A DNA stretch of 24,712 nt, from the NCBI GenBank assembly GCA_050287085.1, contig JBNKBE010000040.1, forward strand, positions 1 through 24,712, in the 5' to 3' direction. Source of the stretch: Polyangiaceae bacterium (GTDB lineage: Bacteria; Myxococcota_A; Polyangia; Polyangiales; Polyangiaceae). Of this stretch, positions 17,284 through 24,712 are shown one piece after another; within the stretch, counting starts at the first letter, position 1; every line of letters starts with the position of its first letter. The notes under the pieces were generated by a model, which worked only from the letters and a program-made list of their open reading frames with translations, had not been told where the DNA came from and did not search any database. The translations under genes were made by a program, and so were the position numbers.

Positions 17284-19026
17284 ATGGCACTGCAGACTAC
17301 TTTCCGAGCTCGGCTCTACCCTGTTGCCGCGGGAATGCTCACAGCGATGATCGCCCATTCGGCGGGGGCGGAGCCTGCGGCGGCGACGAAGGCCCCTGGC
17401 AGCGCCCCGGCTGCGTCCGCTTCGGTGGGAGCGGACGCTCGCGTGGTGGCGGCTCCGGCAAGGCATGGGGAGGTGGCGCCGGCCGCGGCTTCAGCTCCCG
17501 GCGCGTCGGCTTCCGCGGCGAGTGCTCCTCCAGCCGCAGCGCAGTCGCCCGCAGCGCAGTCGCCCGCAGCGCAGTCTGTCCCGCCGGCGCGGGCTGGGGA
17601 CGACCGTAGCGAGAAGCGCTTCGACTTTCCGGCGTTGGGTAGGCAAGCGCCCCCTTCAGCGCCGGGGATCGGCACTGTCCCCACGACACCCTTGCCGGGC
17701 CAGCCGGCGGCGGGTCCTGGGGGTGTATCGGCGCCTGCTGCAGCCCCTGGAGGAGAGGTGGTCGAGGTCACACAGGCTGTGCCACCGACCCATATCCTGG
17801 GAGTGGATCTCGTGCCGCATCACTACGATCAGTTCGGCTACGCCGAGAGCCCGGAGGGGTTGCTCATCGTCGAAATGGACCCCCAGGTTGGACCCATTAC
17901 GATGTTTCGCGGAACGCAGCCCCACTACATCGAGGCGCAGTTCGTCAACACGCAACGCGACGCGGTTTGGCTTGCGCGCAAGGGCGCCATCAACGATGTT
18001 CTGCCGAATGGGCGTCAATATCGGATCCCCTACGGCTACGGGGCGATCAAGCGTTCACTGATTGCGGTGTCGCTCGTCGAAGCGCAGCTCCAACCGCACA
18101 TCAGCGACAGCCAGAAATCCTATGAGCTCTTTCCGCTGGAAGACCTCTATCTGGGCGCAGTGGCAAGTCTGGCCGGGCTTCGCGCCGAGGCACGCTACGT
18201 TCGCGAGGAGAGCCTGGTTGGCTACGCGCAGGCGGGACTGAATCTGGCTGCCATGGTGGGGCTCGGGTTCAACCGCACCTACGGCAGCTACGCGGTGCCG
18301 CTGGTCCTGGGCGGTGGCGTTCGTTATCCGGCCCTGGTGAGTTTTCTGGGATCGAATTGGACCAGCGGTGCCGAGCTCCTGCTGGGAGTGGGCGGGGTGG
18401 ACGACGACCAAGACACGCCCAGCGCGGTGCTGGTTCCGGGTTTGGTGCAGGAGTTCGAGTGGGCCTTTCGTCGCGACATCGATGTTCGCGACTACCGAAG
18501 CGATCCACGTCCCTCAAACTATGGCGTGCAGTCGGTGTTTGCGAAAGCAGGGCTCTACGCAGACTTTCTCGGGGCGACGAAGAGCATTCTATTCGATGTG
18601 CACGTGGGCTACCGCTTCAATCTTCAAGGCCCCAAGATCCCGCCGCACCAGTTCAAGGAAACCAAGATTACCTACGCTAGCGAACGCTACGTAGCCCGCA
18701 AGCGAGAAGAAAAGCGCCGGCAAGAGGAACTCGAGCAGCTACGCAAGCGCCGAGAGCAGGGCGGGCCCGCGCAAACCTCGCCCTATCCGACGTATCCAGC
18801 GCCCGGCGCGCCCGCGCAAACCTCGCCCTATCCGACGTATCCAGCGCCCGGCGCGCCGCCTGGGCAGACCCCGCCCTATGTCGCACCCGGAAACTCAGCG
18901 CCGCCCGCTCAAGCGCCTACATACCCACCGGCTCCCGGGGCGCCCGCCTATCCGCCGCAGCCCTATCCGCCGCAGCCCTATCCGCCGCAGCCCTATCCGC
19001 CGCAGCCCTATCCGCCGCAGCCCTAG
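17284..19026 (+). CDS. Hypothetical exported protein: Ala/Pro linker, beta-rich core, charged helix, Pro/Tyr repeat tail
   Basis: Signal-like N-terminus (AMIAHSAGA); amphipathic beta-strand patterns (GYAQAGLN, LGGGVRY, FDVHVGYRFN); ARKREEKRRQEELEQLRKRRE; (YPPQP)5 tail. Confidence 0.8.
   Translation: MALQTTFRARLYPVAAGMLTAMIAHSAGAEPAAATKAPGSAPAASASVGADARVVAAPARHGEVAPAAASAPGASASAASAPPAAAQSPAAQSPAAQSVPPARAGDDRSEKRFDFPALGRQAPPSAPGIGTVPTTPLPGQPAAGPGGVSAPAAAPGGEVVEVTQAVPPTHILGVDLVPHHYDQFGYAESPEGLLIVEMDPQVGPITMFRGTQPHYIEAQFVNTQRDAVWLARKGAINDVLPNGRQYRIPYGYGAIKRSLIAVSLVEAQLQPHISDSQKSYELFPLEDLYLGAVASLAGLRAEARYVREESLVGYAQAGLNLAAMVGLGFNRTYGSYAVPLVLGGGVRYPALVSFLGSNWTSGAELLLGVGGVDDDQDTPSAVLVPGLVQEFEWAFRRDIDVRDYRSDPRPSNYGVQSVFAKAGLYADFLGATKSILFDVHVGYRFNLQGPKIPPHQFKETKITYASERYVARKREEKRRQEELEQLRKRREQGGPAQTSPYPTYPAPGAPAQTSPYPTYPAPGAPPGQTPPYVAPGNSAPPAQAPTYPPAPGAPAYPPQPYPPQPYPPQPYPPQPYPPQP
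18766..19023 (+). repeat. Coding repeats: 45 bp x2 (PAQTSPYPTYPAPGA) and 15 bp x5 (TATCCGCCGCAGCCC)
   Basis: 45-bp copies at 18766 and 18811; 15-bp copies from 18949 to 19023. Confidence 0.9.
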
Positions 19027-19269
19027 CCGTCGCAGTCCCGCCAGCGCGGTGCTAGTCATCGCAGCGCTGCGATCGCAGGCCCGTGCGCCGCGGCTTCGCC
19101 AGCCGCGGCGCCCTATGCCGCCTTGTTTCCGTCAGCCGTGATCGCCAAGAGTCACGTTTCGTTGCGAGCTCGTGCCCAGTCTTGTTTCGGGCTGGTTTGA
19201 AGCAAGACGCCTCACGAATGTCACCAAGTTTTGCTTGACGCGCTTGTGCCAGCGGTCGACAAAACGGTC

Positions 19270-19962
19270 ATGAGTACCATTCACTTGGTTGGTGGCGAAA
19301 AGGGGGGCGTTGGCAAGTCGGTGCTCGCGCGCTTGTTGCTGCAGTATTGCATCGACGAGCAACTGCCTTTTGTGGGCGTTGACGCGGACGTGTCTCACGG
19401 AGCTTTGCTGCGCTACTACAACGAGTACTCACAGGCCGCGGACCTAGAGTCGTTTTCCAGCGCGGACCAAATAATGGACCGCGCGCTCGCGTCCGAGCGG
19501 CGCGTGATTGTAGACCTTCCGGCGCAAAGCGCCCGCGCGCTCAAACGTTGGATGGACGCGGCTGACGTGGTCACATTTGCCCGTGAAATGGGCGTCGGCC
19601 TGGTCGTGTGGCACGTTACCGACGGCGGGTACGATTCTGTCAATGAACTGCAGCGCGTCGCGGACACCTTTGGTGATACGGTTCGCTATGTGGTCGTGAA
19701 GAACCTCGGGCGTTCCACCGATTTCGGCCAGCTTAACGCATCACCCGCGCTTGCCACCGTGAGTGGCATGGGGGGACGCGTTGCGACGCTGCCGGCTTTG
19801 GACAGTGAAACCATGTACAAGATCGACCGCTTTGGTTCGAGCTTCTGGGCGGCAGCTCATCGCGACGAGGGTGAACTGGCTCTAGGCGCTCTGGCGCGCC
19901 GCAGGGCTCAGCGCTGGCTGAAGGAGGCCTACGAGGCGATCCGCGCGACCGAATGTGTGTAG
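19270..19962 (+). CDS. ParA/MinD-superfamily P-loop ATPase ('MobD-like' type)
   Basis: MSTIHLVGGEKGGVGKS deviant Walker A, VDAD, VIVDLPAQ Walker B, YVVVKN; 230 aa. Confidence 0.85.
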   Translation: MSTIHLVGGEKGGVGKSVLARLLLQYCIDEQLPFVGVDADVSHGALLRYYNEYSQAADLESFSSADQIMDRALASERRVIVDLPAQSARALKRWMDAADVVTFAREMGVGLVVWHVTDGGYDSVNELQRVADTFGDTVRYVVVKNLGRSTDFGQLNASPALATVSGMGGRVATLPALDSETMYKIDRFGSSFWAAAHRDEGELALGALARRRAQRWLKEAYEAIRATECV

Positions 19963-20103
19963 ACGGCCAGTTCGGGGTGGCCCCGAGTTGCCGTGCGCTC
20001 GCTCAAGCACTTGAGGCCACGGGTTTCGTCGCCGCGCCGCGACGGAGCTCGCGTCGCGTAGGGCCCGCAGCGGGTCTCCCCGTTCGCGCGCCTTTTACTC
20101 CTA

Positions 20104-20163
20104 TTGGGGTTTAGGGTCGAGAAGCGTTGCGCCGCGTTGCGCCGCGTCTCGACTCTAACCCAA
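20104..20163. other. Imperfect inverted repeat (hairpin) between convergent genes
   Basis: TTGGGGTTTAGGGTCGAGA (20104-20122) pairs with TCTCGACTCTAACCCAA (20147-20163); the loop holds GCGTTGCGCC x2. Confidence 0.6.
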
Positions 20164-20231
20164 CACCTGACGGCAACCGAAGCGGCGTGACAAGCACGCG
20201 TCGCGTCGCGTCGCGGCGCGGCGTGTCGCGG

Positions 20232-20359
20232 CGCGTAGAGCGGAGCTGTGTGGCGAGCGCTGGGCACACGTCGCGTCGCGTAGAGCGAAGCTGCGTGAGT
20301 GGGGGCCGGGAAGGGGCGAGGCGTCGCGTAGAGCGAAGCTGTGTGGTGAGCGCTGGGCA
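20232..20359. repeat. Three spaced 21-bp direct repeats (CGCGTAGAGCGRAGCTGYGTG)
   Basis: Copies at 20232, 20277 and 20325. Copies 1 and 3 continue as G(C/T)GAGCGCTGGGCA. A TCGCG microsatellite precedes them. Confidence 0.8.
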
Positions 20360-20596
20360 AGCTGCGCGGTTGTGGCGTAGGCCCCGCAGATGAGAAAGCC
20401 AGATTGCGCCGGCCGACCTCTTGCTGTGGCGGGCGGGCTCGTCACTGTGTTCATCGAGCCAGTCCAGGGAGCTCTGCGGAGCTCGCGCCTCAGCCGTCGC
20501 AGCGCGCGTCGACCCCCAAGGGGTGAGACGACCCCGATGCTGCTGCCTTCGCGTATTCTTGAGCCGCTCTTTCCGCAGCTGCGGGGTCACCGAGCC

Positions 20597-20983
20597 TTAT
20601 TGGGATTGGTTCGTCGGCGTCCAGGCACAAGGGAGGCCCTCTTCGGGTGTTGGTTGTCGCTGCTTGCCGTCTACGCTGGGCAATTGGGGCGGCGGACTTT
20701 CCGGGCCTCGAGAGCCCGAACAGACGTAGGTGATCGAACGGCCACATCCGTGGATACGCACGGTACGAGGCCCGTAGGATTCCGAGCGCAGGCGCGCTTC
20801 AGCGCAGTTGAGCCGGTCAGCGGCATCGCGACGCACGTAGCTGCCGCGGAGGGGGCCACCACACGCACAGGTCATGAGAACGAGGGTGACGGTGGCTTGG
20901 AGCGTGGGCCAGCGCCGCCCTCGCGCGCGGGGCGTTGCCAGAGCGCGTCGAGCGGGTGAGACCGTGCAAGCTACTGGGGACAT
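20597..20983 (-). CDS. Small myxobacterial-type lipoprotein
   Basis: Hydrophobic VTLVLMTCAC lipobox-like segment, then AADRLNC...VRIHGCGRSITYVC...CAW. Start uncertain. Confidence 0.65.
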   Translation of the reverse strand: MSPVACTVSPARRALATPRARGRRWPTLQATVTLVLMTCACGGPLRGSYVRRDAADRLNCAEARLRSESYGPRTVRIHGCGRSITYVCSGSRGPESPPPQLPSVDGKQRQPTPEEGLPCAWTPTNQSQ

Positions 20984-21280
20984 CGGGACAGCCTAGCGCA
21001 GAGATGCCGTCGGGATGGAGTATTTCTCGCGTTCGAGACGCGCAAGGGTCGAACACGCCGCACGGAGTGCGCGACAGCGCGCGCTATGCGGCAGGGCGTG
21101 CGTGGTGGGGGCTGGGTGGTGGGCGCGTTCGATGGTGGGCGCGTTGGGTTTACAGGGCGTGTTAGCGCGAGTTGTTTGAGGCGCCACTTCGCACTCACGC
21201 GTCGGTAGCTACCGCGGTTTCAGCGCTTCATCGCGTTCCATCGAAGCTAGGCGGCGCCGCGATACGGGCTGCCCAATCGC

Positions 21281-21586
21281 CTATTGGCTCGTGGCCCCCG
21301 ACACGGCTTCGAAATGCAGCACTGTCGGAAACGGATCATAGTAGTGATGCAGCAGGGCTTTCCACTCCTGGTATTGGGGAGAGCCCCGAAAGCCCTCTTC
21401 ATGCGCCGCGAGCGATTCCCACCGGACCAGGAGAACGTACTCATTGGGGCGTTCAAGACAGCGTTGCAGTTCATGGGAAACATAGCCACGCGCCGCACTG
21501 ATAATGGCTTGTGCCTTGCGAAATGATTCTTCGAAGGCTTCGCCCTGACCAGGATGAATTCGTAACGGGGCAACTTCAAGAATCAT
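21281..21586 (-). CDS. Antibiotic biosynthesis monooxygenase (ABM) family protein
   Basis: 101 aa MILEVAPLRIHPGQGEAFE...GYVSHELQRC...YVLLVRWESLAAHEEGFRGS..YQEWKALLHHYYDPFPTVLHF. Confidence 0.93.
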   Translation of the reverse strand: MILEVAPLRIHPGQGEAFEESFRKAQAIISAARGYVSHELQRCLERPNEYVLLVRWESLAAHEEGFRGSPQYQEWKALLHHYYDPFPTVLHFEAVSGATSQ

Positions 21587-21883
21587 GGACAGGACACTAA
21601 CGAGTGTTGGTGTTCGCGAGCAATGCCGATTCGAGGCCCAATGCCCTGAGCTTCTTGCGATTGGCCAACCAAACCGCCCAAACGAGCTCGTAGCAGAACC
21701 CACCGCCGCGCTCAGCGCAACCCCAGGCGACGTAGTGGCGCTCCACATTCCGCCTTAGCCGCACTTCCGGGCGGCAGCGGCGCAGTCTCGCTGTACGCGC
21801 CGACTTAGGGCTCTAGCCCGGCAAAGATCGGGGCGAGCAGGGGGGCTTCGTACCCGGAGCCATGGGCCTCCGCGTGTACGACT

Positions 21884-22078
21884 GTGAAAGGGGTTGGCTC
21901 AGTACTGCCGGAGCCTAGGATACTGCTTCGGCCTTTCGCAAGCCGAGAGGCACTACGCTCTTCTCGGCTCGAAGGGACCTATGCGACGGCGCAAGAGCTG
22001 CTGCTATTCGAGCTCGACGAAGGCAGTTCGAGAGTGGACAAGATAAGCTCAGTCCGGCAGCGTCTCGGCGAGAGCTAG
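21884..22078 (+). pseudogene. Fragment of a Fic-family protein N-terminal region
   Basis: GVGSVLPEPRILLRPFASREALRSSRLEGTYATAQELLLFE matches the LP.P..L.....REA..SS..EGT motif of Fic proteins. The catalytic HPFxxGNGR domain is absent. Confidence 0.7.
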
Positions 22079-22090
22079 CGGTCTACGCGC

Positions 22091-22144
22091 CGCTGCGGAA
22101 ACCGAAAAGGCGCTGCGGAAGCCGAAAAGGCGCTGCGGAAGCCG
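22091..22144. repeat. 20-bp tandem repeat, about 2.7 copies (CGCTGCGGAARCCGAAAAGG)
   Basis: Copies at 22091, 22111 and 22131 (partial). Confidence 0.85.
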
Positions 22145-22189
22145 TCAGCGGCGGAGCGTAGCCCCGTCAGCGGCAACGCGGGGTTGGAT
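22141..22189 (-). mobile_element. Possible degenerate, truncated attC site after the GNAT gene
   Basis: Minus strand reads ATCCAAC (fits RYYYAAC) CCCGC GTTGCCGCTGACGGGGCTACGCTCCGCCGCTGA. It is complementary at 6/7 positions to GTTGGAA just upstream of the GNAT ATG. The closing GTT end is missing. Confidence 0.35.
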
Positions 22190-22652
22190 AGCCTGGAGGG
22201 AGGTCCCCGAGGTCCACGCAGAAGCTGACGCCATGTTGTGAGAAGCCGAGCGATCGATAGAAGTCGTGGGCACCCGTGCGCTCGCTGTTGCTCGAGAGCG
22301 AGAGCTTGTAGCACCCGCGTTCTTTGGCGTGTTTCATGGCAAACTCCATCATCGCGCGGCCTACTCCCCGTCCTCGACTGTCGAGGTCAACACATACGTC
22401 TTCGACAATCGCGGATGGAGCGCCGCGGTGTGCGAGGTTGTCCATCACCATTAGAGCCAAGGCGCCTACCATGCGGCCGTCGACGTTCTCGGCTACGTAC
22501 ACACCGTAGTCTGGATAGTTGGCCATCTTGCGTAGAATCCGGATCCCTTCCTCTACGGTGAGAGGCGTCCCGTTCGACCCGTCCAGCTGAACGAGAAGGC
22601 GCAATATCGAGGCGACGTCAGACTCCCTCGCCCTCCGGATCACTACGTTCAT
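22167..22652 (-). CDS. GNAT-family N-acetyltransferase
   Basis: IRRARESD, AIVEDVCVD..SRGRGVGRAMM acetyl-CoA motif, GCYKLSLSS, AHDFYRSLGF; GGAAGGA RBS. Confidence 0.93.
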   Translation of the reverse strand: MNVVIRRARESDVASILRLLVQLDGSNGTPLTVEEGIRILRKMANYPDYGVYVAENVDGRMVGALALMVMDNLAHRGAPSAIVEDVCVDLDSRGRGVGRAMMEFAMKHAKERGCYKLSLSSNSERTGAHDFYRSLGFSQHGVSFCVDLGDLPPGYPTPRCR

Positions 22653-22669
22653 CGGTCCTTCCAACTACT

Positions 22670-23088
22670 GATCTCCCAGGCGAGGCACTGTAGCGTCGAA
22701 GCGCCCGGGGAGCCAGCGCTGTCGCGGACGTACACTTTCGGTGATGATGCGTGGCCCGAATTGCGGCACGTCGCGTTCCAGGTAGGTCCGGACAAAGTCC
22801 ACGCGCAGGCAAGACCATCCGCGTCAGAAGACGCGAGAAAGCTGTCTGGAAAGCCCACCCGGAGTCAAAGCGCGTTCAGCGTCTCGGTGTCATGGGCTGC
22901 TTCTCTCACGCTGAACGGACCCATCTCCACGAAGGTGATTCGTCCGGCGCGGTCCTCCCTCGCTTCAAGGTCCAGGTACAGCGCGTCGGTCCCCGCCGCC
23001 ACTTCGTAAGCCAGGGTCGTCTTGCCCGGCCCGCCGCGGGCCAATCAAGGCTAGGCAGCTGCCGGTTCAGGGCTTCCCGAACCTTGTC
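22670..23088 (-). pseudogene. Shredded AAA_14/DUF4143 (COG1373-type) ATPase pseudogene
   Basis: Colinear fragments across frames: DKVREALNRQ / ALIGPRRAG / GKTTLAYEVA...LYLDLEAREDR / AGRITFVEMGPF...NAL*LRVGFPDSFLA / DFVRTYLERDVPQFGPRI / SPKVYVRDS. There are frameshifts, a TGA at 22867-22865 and internal deletions. Confidence 0.8.
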
Positions 23089-23202
23089 CTCGCCTCAGGC
23101 CCGAACAGGTCGCCCTCTGCGGCCCCCCGCGCCGCTCGCTGTCACGAACGGTCACTGGCCTTGGGGGCCCGAGTCCCAGCACCGCGCTGGAGGCTGCCAA
23201 CC

Positions 23203-24087
23203 CTAACGCTTGACGAACTTCATCACCCGGTACGTCGAATATTCGCGAAAGCTCTTTGCGTCGAAGCGGGCTGCATAAGCGGCGTAGCGTAGCTGGGCTC
23301 TCGCCAAGAGCGGCGCGGTCAGCCAAGCTGCGAGCCGCGCTGAGCGTCTGCCCCAGCGGGATTGTCGGCGCATCGCTAGCTGAACTAAGTCCGCTGCCAG
23401 GTTCACCCGCCTCACCAGTACGTCCTGGTAGAGTTCGAGGGTGGGCAACACGCCTTCCGTGATATCCTCGACGTTGCTCAGGTCGAACCCAGCTTGCGCG
23501 GCTTCCCGCAGGAAGTCGCCCAGGAGGTGTTTGCCCACCGGCAGCGAAACCGGCTCACGCCGGAACATGTTGGCAACGGTCAGCGTGCCCCCTTCCACAA
23601 GCAGGCGCGCCGCGCGTGCAAACGCCGTTCGCGCCGGGAAGTAGCCGCACGACTCGCTCATGAGCAGGTGAGCGAAGCGGCCCTGGGGCGCATAGTCCTC
23701 GAAGCGCTGCATTACGAACTGCACGCCCTGCGGTGCGAGCGCGTGCATCCGGGGCAGGTAGTTGGCTATGGGGGCGAGCGCGACCACCGGGACTCCGCTA
23801 CGAGCCAGCAGCTCCGATGCGTCACCGCGGCCGCACCCTACGTCGAGCACCGGGCCCGTCGGCTGCCCCAGCGCGCTGACCACCTTCGCCGTGAAGCGCC
23901 GTTGTGCCCGCTGAAGCCCCGCCAGGGTCAGCTCCTGCCCAGCGTCCCAGAGGCCCCAGTGCAAAGCAGGCAGTTCGAGCACGTGGGAGCAGAAGAGGAG
24001 TTCCCAATCGACCGGCAGGCTGCGCTGCTCTAGCCAAGTGAGTTGTTGCTTGGGAGGGGTGTGGTGCTGAGGCGATGATGAAACCAT
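23203..24087 (-). CDS. Class I SAM-dependent methyltransferase, substrate unknown
   Basis: LHWGLW...AQRRF, VLDVGCGRG motif I, LMSESCGYF, LVEGGTL, VEDITEGVLPTL. Confidence 0.85.
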   Translation of the reverse strand: MVSSSPQHHTPPKQQLTWLEQRSLPVDWELLFCSHVLELPALHWGLWDAGQELTLAGLQRAQRRFTAKVVSALGQPTGPVLDVGCGRGDASELLARSGVPVVALAPIANYLPRMHALAPQGVQFVMQRFEDYAPQGRFAHLLMSESCGYFPARTAFARAARLLVEGGTLTVANMFRREPVSLPVGKHLLGDFLREAAQAGFDLSNVEDITEGVLPTLELYQDVLVRRVNLAADLVQLAMRRQSRWGRRSARLAAWLTAPLLARAQLRYAAYAARFDAKSFREYSTYRVMKFVKR

Positions 24088-24188
24088 AGCGAGAAGCTAG
24101 GAGCCACCGCGCTCCAACCCCATTCGCCATTCGGCGAATTTTTGGGCGCCGCCACTGAACAGTGTCGTCCGCTGCGGGCACCCATGGT

Positions 24189-24712
24189 GTGACGCGACAC
24201 GAAGAGGACGCCGCCAGCGCACACACCGAGCCGCGTAATGCTTTGCTGTCGGAGTGGTGCGTGCTCTCGGTCCTTGGGCACGACGAGACCGTGCGCGAAG
24301 AGCTCGAACAACTCTCCCCGGAGCGCAGGAGAGCGTCACCTACGGTGCGCGCCTTGTTGGCGCTCACCTGCCGCAACCTGGGCCTGAGCGACGAAGCCGA
24401 GCGGATTCGCGCGCAGGCTGGGTTCGCGACGGCTGAAGCAGCACAACTGTGGCGCGTTTGCGACACGTTCCGCGCCTTGGAGGGCGGCCAGTCCCCGCTT
24501 GCCCCCGCTCTCGGTGGCGCTCCCAGCCTCCGGGGGGCACTGCTCGTCGAGCAGGCCGCAAACGCGCTCGTGGTGAGGGGCGAGCCCCGCCGGGCGATAG
24601 CCCTGGTCCAAGACTCCTTGGCGCACGCGCTGACGAACGACGAAGCCCTAAGCCTGCACGTTCACCGCTGGGTGCTCGCAAACCTCGAATTGCTCTCGGG
24701 TCAGCTACGGCG
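24189..24712 (+). CDS. Hypothetical helical-repeat (TPR-like) protein, runs off the right edge
   Basis: Open frame from GTG 24189 (MTRHEEDAASAHTEPRNALLSEW...LALTCRNLGLSDEAERI...GEPRRAIALVQDSLAHA...) with no stop before the window end. Confidence 0.6.
   Translation, partial: MTRHEEDAASAHTEPRNALLSEWCVLSVLGHDETVREELEQLSPERRRASPTVRALLALTCRNLGLSDEAERIRAQAGFATAEAAQLWRVCDTFRALEGGQSPLAPALGGAPSLRGALLVEQAANALVVRGEPRRAIALVQDSLAHALTNDEALSLHVHRWVLANLELLSGQLR

Noticed and set aside
19235..19263. Sigma70 promoter for the ParA-like gene
   Set aside because: TTGACG is a good -35, but the -10 position reads GACAAA, which is too weak to call.
20104..20163. attC site or intrinsic terminator
   Set aside because: The GTT and AAC ends are in the wrong order for attC and there is no U-tract. 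It is kept only as a hairpin.
20232..20359. CRISPR interpretation of the three 21-bp repeats
   Set aside because: Only three copies, the sequences after copies 1 and 3 are near-identical rather than unique spacers, and no cas genes are present.
21103..21148. G-quadruplex-capable G-run cluster
   Set aside because: G-runs are common at this GC content and nothing indicates a function.

Overview
GC-rich bacterial chromosomal segment, most likely myxobacterial (inferred from the Cys-rich and 'DAG'-rich lipoproteins, the PEGA protein and a small C..GCGR..TYVC lipoprotein). From left to right it holds: a secreted Cys-rich lipoprotein running off the left edge; a PEGA protein; MscS; a sorbosone/PQQ-type dehydrogenase, diheme cytochrome c and MBL-fold hydrolase lipoprotein cluster; a glycine-methylation betaine operon (GSMT-SDMT-BCCT) with a leader that looks able to switch structure; a divergent GFA/AraC pair; a divergent CASTOR/POLLUX-like channel and KirBac K+ channel pair; an unknown Pro/Tyr-tailed exported protein; and an orphan ParA/MinD-like ATPase. 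A decayed accessory patch follows at about 21.1-23.1 kb (ABM, Fic remnant, GNAT, shredded AAA_14/DUF4143 ATPase) with possible integron-cassette boundaries. The window ends with a SAM methyltransferase and a partial helical-repeat protein. The main themes are an osmotic and ion-homeostasis neighbourhood, a candidate cis-regulatory RNA in front of gsmt, a possible relic cassette array, and short tandem repeats at many gene 3' ends. All family calls come from motif recognition by eye; no searches were run.
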